Assembly (NCBI GenBank): GCA_017302015.1
Contig: JAFLEE010000016.1
Location: 5,162-69,161 of the forward strand
DNA length: 64,000 bases
Direction of reading: 5' to 3'
Origin: Spirochaetota bacterium
GTDB lineage: Bacteria; Spirochaetota; UBA12135; COTS27; JAFLEE01
A model generated the notes under the pieces. That model searched no databases. It was not told the DNA's origin and was given only the letters and a program-made list of their open reading frames with translations. This document shows, piece after piece, positions 1 to 7,350 of this stretch. Numbering within the stretch: position 1 is the stretch's first letter; every line of letters begins with the position of its first letter. The translations under genes and the position numbers were made by a program.

Positions 1-821
1 TAGGCCCCCGTCGCGGGGTCGCGCCGCACGGTGAACTTGGCGTGGTGCCCCGGGAAATCGATGAACCCGCTGGACGCATCGAAGCGCAGTTCATTCCCGT
101 CCGGGCTCAGCGACAGCAGGGCCGCCTTGCCCGGCATCCAGGAATGCAGGCGGAGGAGGTTCCACATGCTCCCGTCGGGCGCCGCCACCGCGTTTCCCTC
201 GAGCCATCCCCAATCCCGGATGATCTTCGTTCCCGCCGGCGCCACGCTCGCCGGGAAACGCACTTCGTTGCTTTTCGTCCAACTGGAGGCCAGGAGGAGG
301 TCGGCGTTCTCATCGGCCGAGATCATGAAGGATGCGAAGCCCTCTCCCCAGACGGTGCCGAGGCAATTCTCGAAGGCGCGGTAGAGCCGTCCCCCATGGA
401 CGAGGACGGGCACCGGGGCTCCGTGGTAATTGGGATCGGCGTGGTAGACCCCCCCGGTGAAGAGCCAGCCCGATTTTTCGTCGGCCGGGTGCGTCCAGGT
501 ATGGCCCCCATCGTCGCTGCGGCGGATGACGATGGAACCGTATTGCTGGCTGACCCCCAGGTGGTAGAGGGCGCCCATATGGGTGAAGAGCGTCCCCCAA
601 TAGGCGTTGGAGAGGTGGGTCACGCTGCGCCAGGACCGCCCCCCGTCTTCCGAACGGTAGACGCTCGTGAGGTGCTCCTCGCGCTCGTGGTTGCGCGGGC
701 AGCCCGCCCCGAAATAATCGTGGGTGGCGACGAGGGCGCCGTCGGGGGCGCGCACGAGGCTCGGGCTGCCGAGGTAGGTGCGGGTCTTGGGGTCTTGGAT
801 GCGGAGGTCGGTGGGGTTCAT
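1..821 (-). CDS. BNR/Asp-box exo-alpha-sialidase-like glycoside hydrolase (C-terminus lies beyond the window edge)
   Basis: Absent from the ORF track because it runs off the edge. My own reverse-strand translation from the ATG (complement of 819-821) is stop-free to position 1: MNPTDLRIQDPKTRTYLGSPSLVRAPDGALVATHDYFGAG... It contains two Asp-box motifs, SEDGGRSW and SDDGGHTW. The plus-strand ORF 42..1013 has Gly/Arg/Pro-rich junk composition. Confidence 0.7.
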   Translation of the reverse strand, partial: MNPTDLRIQDPKTRTYLGSPSLVRAPDGALVATHDYFGAGCPRNHEREEHLTSVYRSEDGGRSWRSVTHLSNAYWGTLFTHMGALYHLGVSQQYGSIVIRRSDDGGHTWTHPADEKSGWLFTGGVYHADPNYHGAPVPVLVHGGRLYRAFENCLGTVWGEGFASFMISADENADLLLASSWTKSNEVRFPASVAPAGTKIIRDWGWLEGNAVAAPDGSMWNLLRLHSWMPGKAALLSLSPDGNELRFDASSGFIDFPGHHAKFTVRRDPATGA

Positions 822-885
822 GGGTTCCTTGGTGGCACGATGGTGCTGGGTTGCCGTCGGTTTGGAATCGGGCCCGCGGCGGGGC

Positions 886-1812
886 TCATCGCGGGATCAG
901 GCCGAGCGCCCCGAGATCCCGCGCCACTTGCTGGCGTTCGGGCCCGGCGAAGGCGGCGAACGGGGCGGCCATCCCGTCCCCGCAGACATCCAGAAGCGAG
1001 AGGGCGCACTTGATCCCTTTGATGCCGCTGCTGGCGTGGTGCCCGTGGCCGTAGATCGCGGAGAGCGCCATGAGGCGGCCCTGGAGGGCGAGGATCCTGT
1101 CCATGCGGCGCGCGAGGGCGGCCTCGAATAACTCGACGAAAAGCGCAGGATCGACATTGGCGCCCCCGCAGACGCCCCCTTGGGCGCCGAAGAGGACCGA
1201 CTCGGCCAGGAGGGTTTCGCTCCCGGTGAAGAACGCCCAACCCCGGGGCCGGGGCTCCGCGGCGCGGAGGCTCAGCAGTTTGTGGAAGAGGCCCATATCC
1301 CCCGAACTGTCCTTCACGCCGATGACGCCGGGGCGAGCGAGGGCCTCGGCTAGAGTCGGCGTATCGAGGGAGACCTTGGTCATTGAGGGCATATTATAGA
1401 GGAACAATGGGAGGGGCAGGGCGGGGAGGAGCTGGTCCAAATAGGCGAGGAACTCCGCCGGGCCCGGCGGCAAATAATAGGGGGGCGCCACGACCAGGGC
1501 GTCGGCCCCGGCCTTCGCGCACACCTGGGCGAGTTCCAGCGTATCTTCCACGACCGTGTCGGTGATCGCGACGATGATGGGCACGCGCTTCTTCACCTGG
1601 GCGCCCGCCCGGCGGACCATTTGGATCTTCTGGCCTTGGGAGAGGCTCGGTCCCTCGCCGGTGGTGCCCAGGAGGAAAAGCCCGTGCACGCCCCCCGCCA
1701 GCACATGCTCGATGAGTTTATCCAGGCCTTCTCCGTCAATTTTCCCGTCTTTCATCGGGGTCACGAGGGGTGGAATGACGCCTTTAAACGAAGGAAGATT
1801 ATGATATATCAT
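886..1812 (-). CDS. DapA/NanA-family class I aldolase (dihydrodipicolinate synthase / N-acetylneuraminate lyase-like)
   Basis: 308-aa ORF with a GTTGE motif (LLGTTGEGPSLS) and a Schiff-base lysine context (VIGVKDSSGD). It lies next to the sialidase-like gene. Confidence 0.85.
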   Translation of the reverse strand: MIYHNLPSFKGVIPPLVTPMKDGKIDGEGLDKLIEHVLAGGVHGLFLLGTTGEGPSLSQGQKIQMVRRAGAQVKKRVPIIVAITDTVVEDTLELAQVCAKAGADALVVAPPYYLPPGPAEFLAYLDQLLPALPLPLFLYNMPSMTKVSLDTPTLAEALARPGVIGVKDSSGDMGLFHKLLSLRAAEPRPRGWAFFTGSETLLAESVLFGAQGGVCGGANVDPALFVELFEAALARRMDRILALQGRLMALSAIYGHGHHASSGIKGIKCALSLLDVCGDGMAAPFAAFAGPERQQVARDLGALGLIPR

Positions 1813-1820
1813 ATATATTA

Positions 1821-1849
1821 GGTATACTCAAAAAATCCTGTATTGTCAA
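1821..1849 (-). promoter_or_regulatory. candidate divergent promoter of the DapA/NanA-like gene
   Basis: On the minus strand: TTGACA (1849-1844), 17-nt spacer, TATACC (1826-1821), then ATG 8 nt downstream. Its -35 overlaps the -35 of the GntR promoter. The -10 lacks the final T. Confidence 0.3.
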
Positions 1850-1871
1850 GGCTTGATATACCGTATATACT
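1843..1871 (+). promoter_or_regulatory. candidate promoter of the GntR gene with overlapping GTATATAC palindrome
   Basis: TTGTCA (1843-1848), 17-nt spacer, TATACT (1866-1871). ATG 1882 lies 10 nt downstream. Palindromes GTATATAC (1863-1870) and GTATAC (1822-1827) resemble GntR-type GT..AC operators. Confidence 0.4.
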
Positions 1872-1881
1872 TTTTGAACCT

Positions 1882-2532
1882 ATGGGCCCATTCGCCACCG
1901 CATCCGCCCAGATCTATCTAAAACTCAAAGAAAGAATCCTCTCCGGGGAACTCCGCCCGGGCACCCATCTGGTGCGCCGGCAAGTTGCCGCAGAATATGG
2001 GACGAGCCCCATCCCGGTCATCGAGGCGCTTCTTCGCCTCGAGATGGACGGCTTGGTGGAGAGCGAGCCCAAGTACGGGGCCCGGGTGCGCCTCATGGCC
2101 GTGGAGGAGATCCGCGACGAGCAGGTGTTCCGCGAGGCTATCGAGTGCGAAGCGGCGCGGCGATTTTCAACGGGAGCCTCCCCCCGGGCGCGGGAAGAAT
2201 TATCGGCGCTGGCCGGGGCCCTCGACCGGGTCCAGCACGGCTCCGATCCCCAATCCCTCGAGGCCAATCGGGCCCACCGCGATTTCCACCTCTTCATCGC
2301 GCGCAGCGGCGGCCACCCGAACCTGGAGCGAGAACTGGCGCGGCTTTGGTACTGGATGGTGGGGGCCGGTTGGGTCGACCCCCTGGCCTATCCCACCCCA
2401 GTAGATTGGCACGCGCAATTGGCACGCTCGCTCGGCGCAGGCTCCGCCGATCGGGCCGAGGCCGCCATGCGCGAGCACGTGAACCTAAACCGCGAGGCGC
2501 ACCTCGCGGCGCTCCTTTCGCGCTTCGGCTAA
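1882..2532 (+). CDS. GntR-family transcriptional regulator (FadR/FCD subfamily)
   Basis: Winged-HTH sequence IYLKLKERILSGELRPGTHLVRRQVAAEYGTSPIPVIEALLRLEMDGLVESEPKYGARV followed by a helical C-terminal domain. The track starts at TTG 1843. ATG 1882 fits the promoter geometry better, so the start is uncertain. Confidence 0.8.
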   Translation: MGPFATASAQIYLKLKERILSGELRPGTHLVRRQVAAEYGTSPIPVIEALLRLEMDGLVESEPKYGARVRLMAVEEIRDEQVFREAIECEAARRFSTGASPRAREELSALAGALDRVQHGSDPQSLEANRAHRDFHLFIARSGGHPNLERELARLWYWMVGAGWVDPLAYPTPVDWHAQLARSLGAGSADRAEAAMREHVNLNREAHLAALLSRFG

Positions 2533-2539
2533 AAACCCC

Positions 2540-4405
2540 TCAGCCCTCCGCCGCGCGGTACTCGAGTTTCGAGATCCACCGGTTGCAATTCCCCTTGGCC
2601 TCGCCCACGGCGTGGAAGAGGGGCCCGGGATTTTTCCCGTCGATCGCGAGGGTGACCCGCGTGGGCATCGACGTCTCAACATCCGCCGCGGTCTTGCCGG
2701 CGCGGTGGAGGGCGCTCACGTGCCAGGCGCCGTCATGGTCGATGGCTTGCTTCCCGGCGATCCACACCCGGGTTTGGCCGGAGCTTTGGACGACGAAACG
2801 CCGGAGGGAGTTGCGCGTCATGAAATCTTTCATCTCGAATTGGAGCACGAGAACGCGGCCCGGGACCGCATGGGGCGCGAGGTCGACGAAATGGGAGGCG
2901 CCTTCGAGGATCTTGGCGTTTTTGGGGCGGAGCGGCTCCGTATTCGGCATGGCGTCCACGGTCCAGGAACGCATGGGGATGGTGAGGAGCAGACCCGCGG
3001 TGGCCTTCATGGGCACGCTATCCACGGTGGTTTCGATCTCGAGGTCCGCCGAATAGGGGCGCCAGGCGCTTTCCTCCGGCGTGGCCGTGAACGCGAGGGC
3101 GAAGGAGGCCCCCACGGGGAGCGAGAGAACTTTCGCCGTCGCGCCGCCCAATTTCCAGCCCAGGGGGGCGCGCAGGCGGACGGAGATCTTGGATTTCTTC
3201 GCGCCGGTATTCGTGGCGACGAGGCGGAACTTGCCGGATTTCCCCGGGGCCACGCGCACGAATTCGGGGTAGTGGAGGGCGAGGTGGATGGGATAGTCGC
3301 TGAGGACGCTCGCCGAATCCGCGACATCCATCGACCGTAGGAGGGCGCTCGTCTTCTCGGGGTAGCGAACGGCGGGGGCCTTGGCGGCGCCGGGCGCCTT
3401 TCCCAACGCCACGCGGGAACCGTAGACCCTCTGGGATTCCCGGGCGAGGACGGCCGTCTGCGCCGTGAGTTCGGCCAGCGTTTCGGGGGGATTGACCCCC
3501 GTGATGTAGCCGCCCAGGGCGATCTTGTCGCCGATGGGCTTCTTCCATTCATCGGAGATGCCGTCGGGGTCGAGGAGACCGAGGATGGCGCCCAGGGTCG
3601 CGCAGGTGCAATCGGCGTCGTAGCCGCAATTCACCGCGGCGAGGATCGCCCGGCCGAAATCACCGCGGCCGAGGCACCAGCCCAGGACCGTGATGGCCAG
3701 GTTGATGGCCACGTCGGTGAAGTTCTGGTGCCCGTGGGCCGCATCGAGTTTCTCGAAGAGGGCCCGGCGGTCGGGGGTCTTCTCCCAGTTCTCCAGCACG
3801 AAGCGAATCGCCTTGGCAACGCGGCAATCCGCCGGGATGGCTTCGAGGCCGGCGGCGATGAGGCGGTCGCGGTCCTTCTCCACGAAGGCGAGGCTCTCCA
3901 CCGTCGCCAGGAACTCGGCGGCCCAGACGCCCTCGGTGGCGTGGTCGCAGCGGGCGTCTTCCCGGGTGAAATAGCGGGCGAGGTCGGGGTCGCCGGGGGC
4001 GAGGCAGGCCCAAAGTTCGGTGCGGATGGCCGAGCCCATGCCGGCGGTGAACCCGTTGTCGTAGGCGCCGCTTAGGGGCGGGAGGAGGCCCTGGTCGAGG
4101 TTGCGCCGGGTGGTGCCGTACTCGTCGGGCCAGGCCTGGATATTCTCGCTCCACCCCTTGGCGAAGAGGGTGCCCGTGATGGGGAAGCCCGATTCGCGCA
4201 GGCGGGCGAGCCAGACGAGTTGGAGGTCGAGGTCGTCGTTCTCGAGCATGGCCGTGGGGATGGGGTCGTAGAAGGTGAGTTCTTTCGGCGGGGTGCGGCC
4301 TTCCCAGGGGCCGCCGAGGGTGCCTCCGATGGATTTGCCGAGCCAGCATCCGTAGACTTGGCGGCGGTATTGTTCGAAGGGAAGGACAATCTTGGAATTT
4401 TTCAT
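2540..4405 (-). CDS. ADP-ribosylglycohydrolase-fold protein fused to C-terminal beta-sandwich domains
   Basis: I trimmed the 745-aa track ORF to MKNSKIVLPFEQYRRQVYGCWLGKSIGGTLGGPWEG (ATG 4405, GGAG 7 nt upstream). An ARH-type C-terminal metal motif NCGYDADCTCATLGAILG is present. About 300 further residues are beta-rich (NEW3/CBM-like, by eye). Confidence 0.7.
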   Translation of the reverse strand: MKNSKIVLPFEQYRRQVYGCWLGKSIGGTLGGPWEGRTPPKELTFYDPIPTAMLENDDLDLQLVWLARLRESGFPITGTLFAKGWSENIQAWPDEYGTTRRNLDQGLLPPLSGAYDNGFTAGMGSAIRTELWACLAPGDPDLARYFTREDARCDHATEGVWAAEFLATVESLAFVEKDRDRLIAAGLEAIPADCRVAKAIRFVLENWEKTPDRRALFEKLDAAHGHQNFTDVAINLAITVLGWCLGRGDFGRAILAAVNCGYDADCTCATLGAILGLLDPDGISDEWKKPIGDKIALGGYITGVNPPETLAELTAQTAVLARESQRVYGSRVALGKAPGAAKAPAVRYPEKTSALLRSMDVADSASVLSDYPIHLALHYPEFVRVAPGKSGKFRLVATNTGAKKSKISVRLRAPLGWKLGGATAKVLSLPVGASFALAFTATPEESAWRPYSADLEIETTVDSVPMKATAGLLLTIPMRSWTVDAMPNTEPLRPKNAKILEGASHFVDLAPHAVPGRVLVLQFEMKDFMTRNSLRRFVVQSSGQTRVWIAGKQAIDHDGAWHVSALHRAGKTAADVETSMPTRVTLAIDGKNPGPLFHAVGEAKGNCNRWISKLEYRAAEG

Positions 4406-4545
4406 GTTCGGTCTCCGTTGCGTGGATTCATCTGGAAGAAAGGGAGTTCCGCGGTCCTCATGGGCCCGGTCCCCCATCGTCCTCGGGAAGCATAGGACGC
4501 GGCGCCCGGGACGTAAAGGCAGGGGATCTTCAAACTTGCACGGGA

Positions 4546-4575
4546 TTGTCACCGGGGGAATGGCGGCGCTATAAT
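4546..4575 (+). promoter_or_regulatory. sigma70-type promoter of AraC gene 4581
   Basis: TTGTCA, 18-nt spacer, TATAAT. The ATG follows 5 nt after the -10. Confidence 0.5.
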
Positions 4576-4580
4576 GCCCC

Positions 4581-5456
4581 ATGCTTCCCCACGAGTTCCA
4601 GCACGCGCTTCCCGACGCCATCATCCTCGCCGCCGACCGGTTCCGCTTCTCCCCGGGGGAAGAACGGGGGTCGCCGCGGGTCCAAAGCCGCCGGCTGTTC
4701 TGGTGCCGCTCGGGGCGGGGGGCGGTGACGGTGAACGGAGAGCGGTTTCCCATGGTCGCGGGCGGCTTCGTCCTCATGCCGTGGGGGCACTCGGTGATCT
4801 ACGAGGCCGACCGCCGGGTTCCCTACGAGATCGGCAGCATCCACCTCATCCCCCGGCACCGGCCCTCGGGGGGGCCTGCCTTCTACCAGGTGCCCCACGA
4901 GGCCCCCAAGATCCCGATCCCCGGGCATCGCGATGGGGTGCTCCCCGGCATCGATGCGGGCGGGGGCAGCCGAACGGTCGGGGGAACGTTCGAAGCGGCG
5001 CCCGCCCTGGCCCATCTGGCCGAGTTCATCGTCGACTCCTTCCGCCGCGGCCCCCATGAGACGGAAGCGCGCCTTTTGGCCCCCCTGCTCCTCGCGGAAA
5101 TCCACCGCGCCCTCGCCGCCGGCCGCAGGGATTATCCCGCGGTATTGCAATCGGCCATCGCCGCCATGGAGCGGTCGCCGTCGCCCATGGAACTCCCCGA
5201 ACTCGCGCGGCTCCTCAACCGCAGCCCCTCCAGCGTCATCCGGCTCTTCAAGCGCGAGACGGGCTTGCCGCCGAGGCATTTCCTCATGGAGGCCCGTATC
5301 CGCCGCGCCCGGGAACTCCTCCTGGGCACGAGCCTCCCGGTCCAGGAGATCGGGGAGCGGGTGGGGATTCCCCAGGCCCATTATTTTTCGAGGTTATTTA
5401 GGAAATTAAGCGGCATGAGCCCGCGGGAATGCCGTCGTCGGGGGGCGTTCGTGTGA
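4581..5456 (+). CDS. AraC-family transcriptional regulator (cupin + HTH)
   Basis: C-terminal dual HTH: LARLLNRSPSSVIRLFKRETGLPPRHFLMEARIRRARELLLGTSLPVQEIGERVGIPQAHYFSRLFRKLSGMSPRE. Confidence 0.85.
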   Translation: MLPHEFQHALPDAIILAADRFRFSPGEERGSPRVQSRRLFWCRSGRGAVTVNGERFPMVAGGFVLMPWGHSVIYEADRRVPYEIGSIHLIPRHRPSGGPAFYQVPHEAPKIPIPGHRDGVLPGIDAGGGSRTVGGTFEAAPALAHLAEFIVDSFRRGPHETEARLLAPLLLAEIHRALAAGRRDYPAVLQSAIAAMERSPSPMELPELARLLNRSPSSVIRLFKRETGLPPRHFLMEARIRRARELLLGTSLPVQEIGERVGIPQAHYFSRLFRKLSGMSPRECRRRGAFV

Positions 5457-5544
5457 GGGGGGGGGCGCTGTCCGAGGTGCGTTCCCCCCATAACCGGCTT
5501 TTCCTTTTTAAAGGGAAACCGTATACTCTTTCCCAGAGGCCCCC

Positions 5545-6090
5545 ATGAAAAAATTCCCCCTGTTCGTCACCCTCGCGCTTCTTTCGGCGCTCCCGCTCCT
5601 CGGCCAGCGCGCCCGCCTGAGCCCCCACGAGACCCTCAGCCTGAAAATCGACAGCAATCGCGTCACGGTGACCTACGGGCGCCCCTACACGAAAGACCCG
5701 AAAACCAATGTCATGCGCAAGATCTGGGGCGGCCTCGTGCCCTACGATAAGGTGTGGCGCACCGGGGCCGATGAAGCCACCCTCTTCATCACCCAGCAGC
5801 CCATCGATTTGGGAGGCGCCACCATCCCGGCCGGCGCCTACACGCTCTTTACCTTCCCTTCCGCCGACGGTTCCGCGAAACTCATCGTCAATAAGCAGAT
5901 CGGCCAATGGGGCGTGGATCCCTACGACGCGAAGCAGGAACTCACGCGCATCCCGATGTTGAAGGAAACCCTGGAGAAGCCGGTGGATCAATTCACCATG
6001 ATGCTAGAAAAGAACCCCGCCGGCGGCGCGTGGCTGCGCATGGCTTGGGAAAATACCCGCTATTCCGTGCCCTATACCGTGAAGAAATGA
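5545..6090 (+). CDS. DUF2911-like secreted protein
   Basis: Signal peptide MKKFPLFVTLALLSALPLLGQ. Body motifs YGRPYTK...IWGGLVPYDKVWRTGADEAT...AGAYTLF are typical of DUF2911, from memory. Confidence 0.65.
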   Translation: MKKFPLFVTLALLSALPLLGQRARLSPHETLSLKIDSNRVTVTYGRPYTKDPKTNVMRKIWGGLVPYDKVWRTGADEATLFITQQPIDLGGATIPAGAYTLFTFPSADGSAKLIVNKQIGQWGVDPYDAKQELTRIPMLKETLEKPVDQFTMMLEKNPAGGAWLRMAWENTRYSVPYTVKK

Positions 6091-6106
6091 GGTCTTTCGG
6101 CCCCGT

Positions 6107-6139
6107 GCGGCGAGGGAATAGATCCCTTGCCGCCTTTCC
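6107..6139 (+). terminator. possible intrinsic terminator after the DUF2911 gene
   Basis: GCGGCGAGGG-AATAGAT-CCCTTGCCGC forms a 10-bp stem with one G.T pair. It is followed by CTTTCC, a weak T tract. Confidence 0.3.
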
Positions 6140-6163
6140 GCTCGAGCGCCGAAGGGAGCGCCC

Positions 6164-7006
6164 TTGAAAAGATCCCCCCGCGTTCCTTCTTTCTCCATCC
6201 TCTTGTTGGCCGGCTTCGCGGGCTTCGTGGTACCTCTTAAGGCGGGGCCCGTGGTGGATACCAATGCCGCGACCCTGGTGAGGGATTTCCGCGGAGGCCG
6301 GATCCTCTTCCAGCAGGGAGCGGTGGACGAGCGCCATAGCCCCTGTTCGAGTTTCAAGATTCCCATCGCCCTCATGGGGTTCGATGCCGGAGTGCTCCGG
6401 GGCCCCCACGAACCCCGCATCGATTACCGGCCCGAATTCCAGGCGGGGCGCGAGGCGGACAAGATCGCGGTGGATCCGAGTACCTGGCTGAGAAACTCGG
6501 TGGTGTGGTATTCCCAACAGACCACGTTGAAATTGGGGAAAGAACGCTTCGAAAAGTACCTGCGGGCATTCCGCTATGGGAATGGCGACGCCACCGGCCA
6601 CCCCGGAAAGGGCGATGGACTCACCCAGTCCTGGCTCATGTCGTCGCTCCAGATTTCGCCGCGGGAGCAGGTGGGCTTCCTTTTTGATTTTCTGGAGCGT
6701 CGCCTGCCGGTCTCGCAGAAGGCCGCGGGCCTGGCCCTGGAGACTATTCCAACCTACCCGGGCGAGGGCGGGTGGGAGGTCCACGGAAAGAGCGGGGCGG
6801 GCTATTTGACGGAGCGGGACGGCACCGTTACCTTAGATCGGCCCTTGGGCTGGTTTGTTGGATGGGCTGAGAAGGGACCGCGGCGCGTGGTGTTCGCCCG
6901 CTTCGAAGCCGGCGCCGACAAGGCGGGGCTCATCTACGGCGGCCGATGCCGCAGCGCCGTTTGTTCGAACCTGGTCGTTTGGGCCGGTGCGCCGTCGGAG
7001 CCCTAA
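6164..7006 (+). CDS. class D (OXA-type) beta-lactamase homologue
   Basis: A signal peptide is followed by all five class D elements in canonical order: S-x-x-K (SSFK), S-x-V (SVV), YGN, K-S-G (HGKSGAG) and W-x-x-G (GWFVGW). The start codon is TTG. Confidence 0.8.
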   Translation: MKRSPRVPSFSILLLAGFAGFVVPLKAGPVVDTNAATLVRDFRGGRILFQQGAVDERHSPCSSFKIPIALMGFDAGVLRGPHEPRIDYRPEFQAGREADKIAVDPSTWLRNSVVWYSQQTTLKLGKERFEKYLRAFRYGNGDATGHPGKGDGLTQSWLMSSLQISPREQVGFLFDFLERRLPVSQKAAGLALETIPTYPGEGGWEVHGKSGAGYLTERDGTVTLDRPLGWFVGWAEKGPRRVVFARFEAGADKAGLIYGGRCRSAVCSNLVVWAGAPSEP

Positions 7007-7263
7007 AGGTTCCCGGGGCCTACGCCCCCGGTCGATATTGCAACGGGTGTAAGTTTCAAATCGCCCAGGCGGCGCAGCGGCGCCATCTCGGAGGCGGCAT
7101 TCATCATTCGACGGACGGGGCCAAATCGTCTCGCTTACCGCGTCGGAAGACGATAAAACGCTATCCGCCGTTAAGCGATATGCGATGTCCGAAATGTGAG
7201 CCTTTAAATCGGTGGCACCCGGCGGGGATCGGGGGCCGGACTTTCCAAGAAAATCACTGCGTT

Positions 7264-7289
7264 GCGCGCGCGTGGCAACGCGCGCGCGG
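7264..7289. repeat. alternating (CG)n hairpin / tandem GCGCGCG-YGGCAA
   Basis: GCGCGCGCG-TGGCAA-CGCGCGCGCGG. It is self-complementary and Z-DNA-prone, and lies about 60 nt upstream of the activase start. Confidence 0.5.
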
Positions 7290-7316
7290 CAAATGCGTGG
7301 ACATCCCCGGCAAAAA

Positions 7317-7345
7317 TTGCGGAGGGAAAAAAAACCCGATACAGT
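7317..7345 (+). promoter_or_regulatory. candidate promoter of the activase operon
   Basis: TTGCGG, 17-nt spacer (A-rich), TACAGT, then 5 nt to GTG 7351. Confidence 0.35.
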
Positions 7346-7350
7346 AACGC

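Noticed and set aside
7213-7218. TGGCAC (and TGGCAA at 7273) as a possible sigma54 -24 element upstream of the activase operon.
   Set aside because: No TTGC/-12 element lies at the required 4-5-nt spacing in either case.
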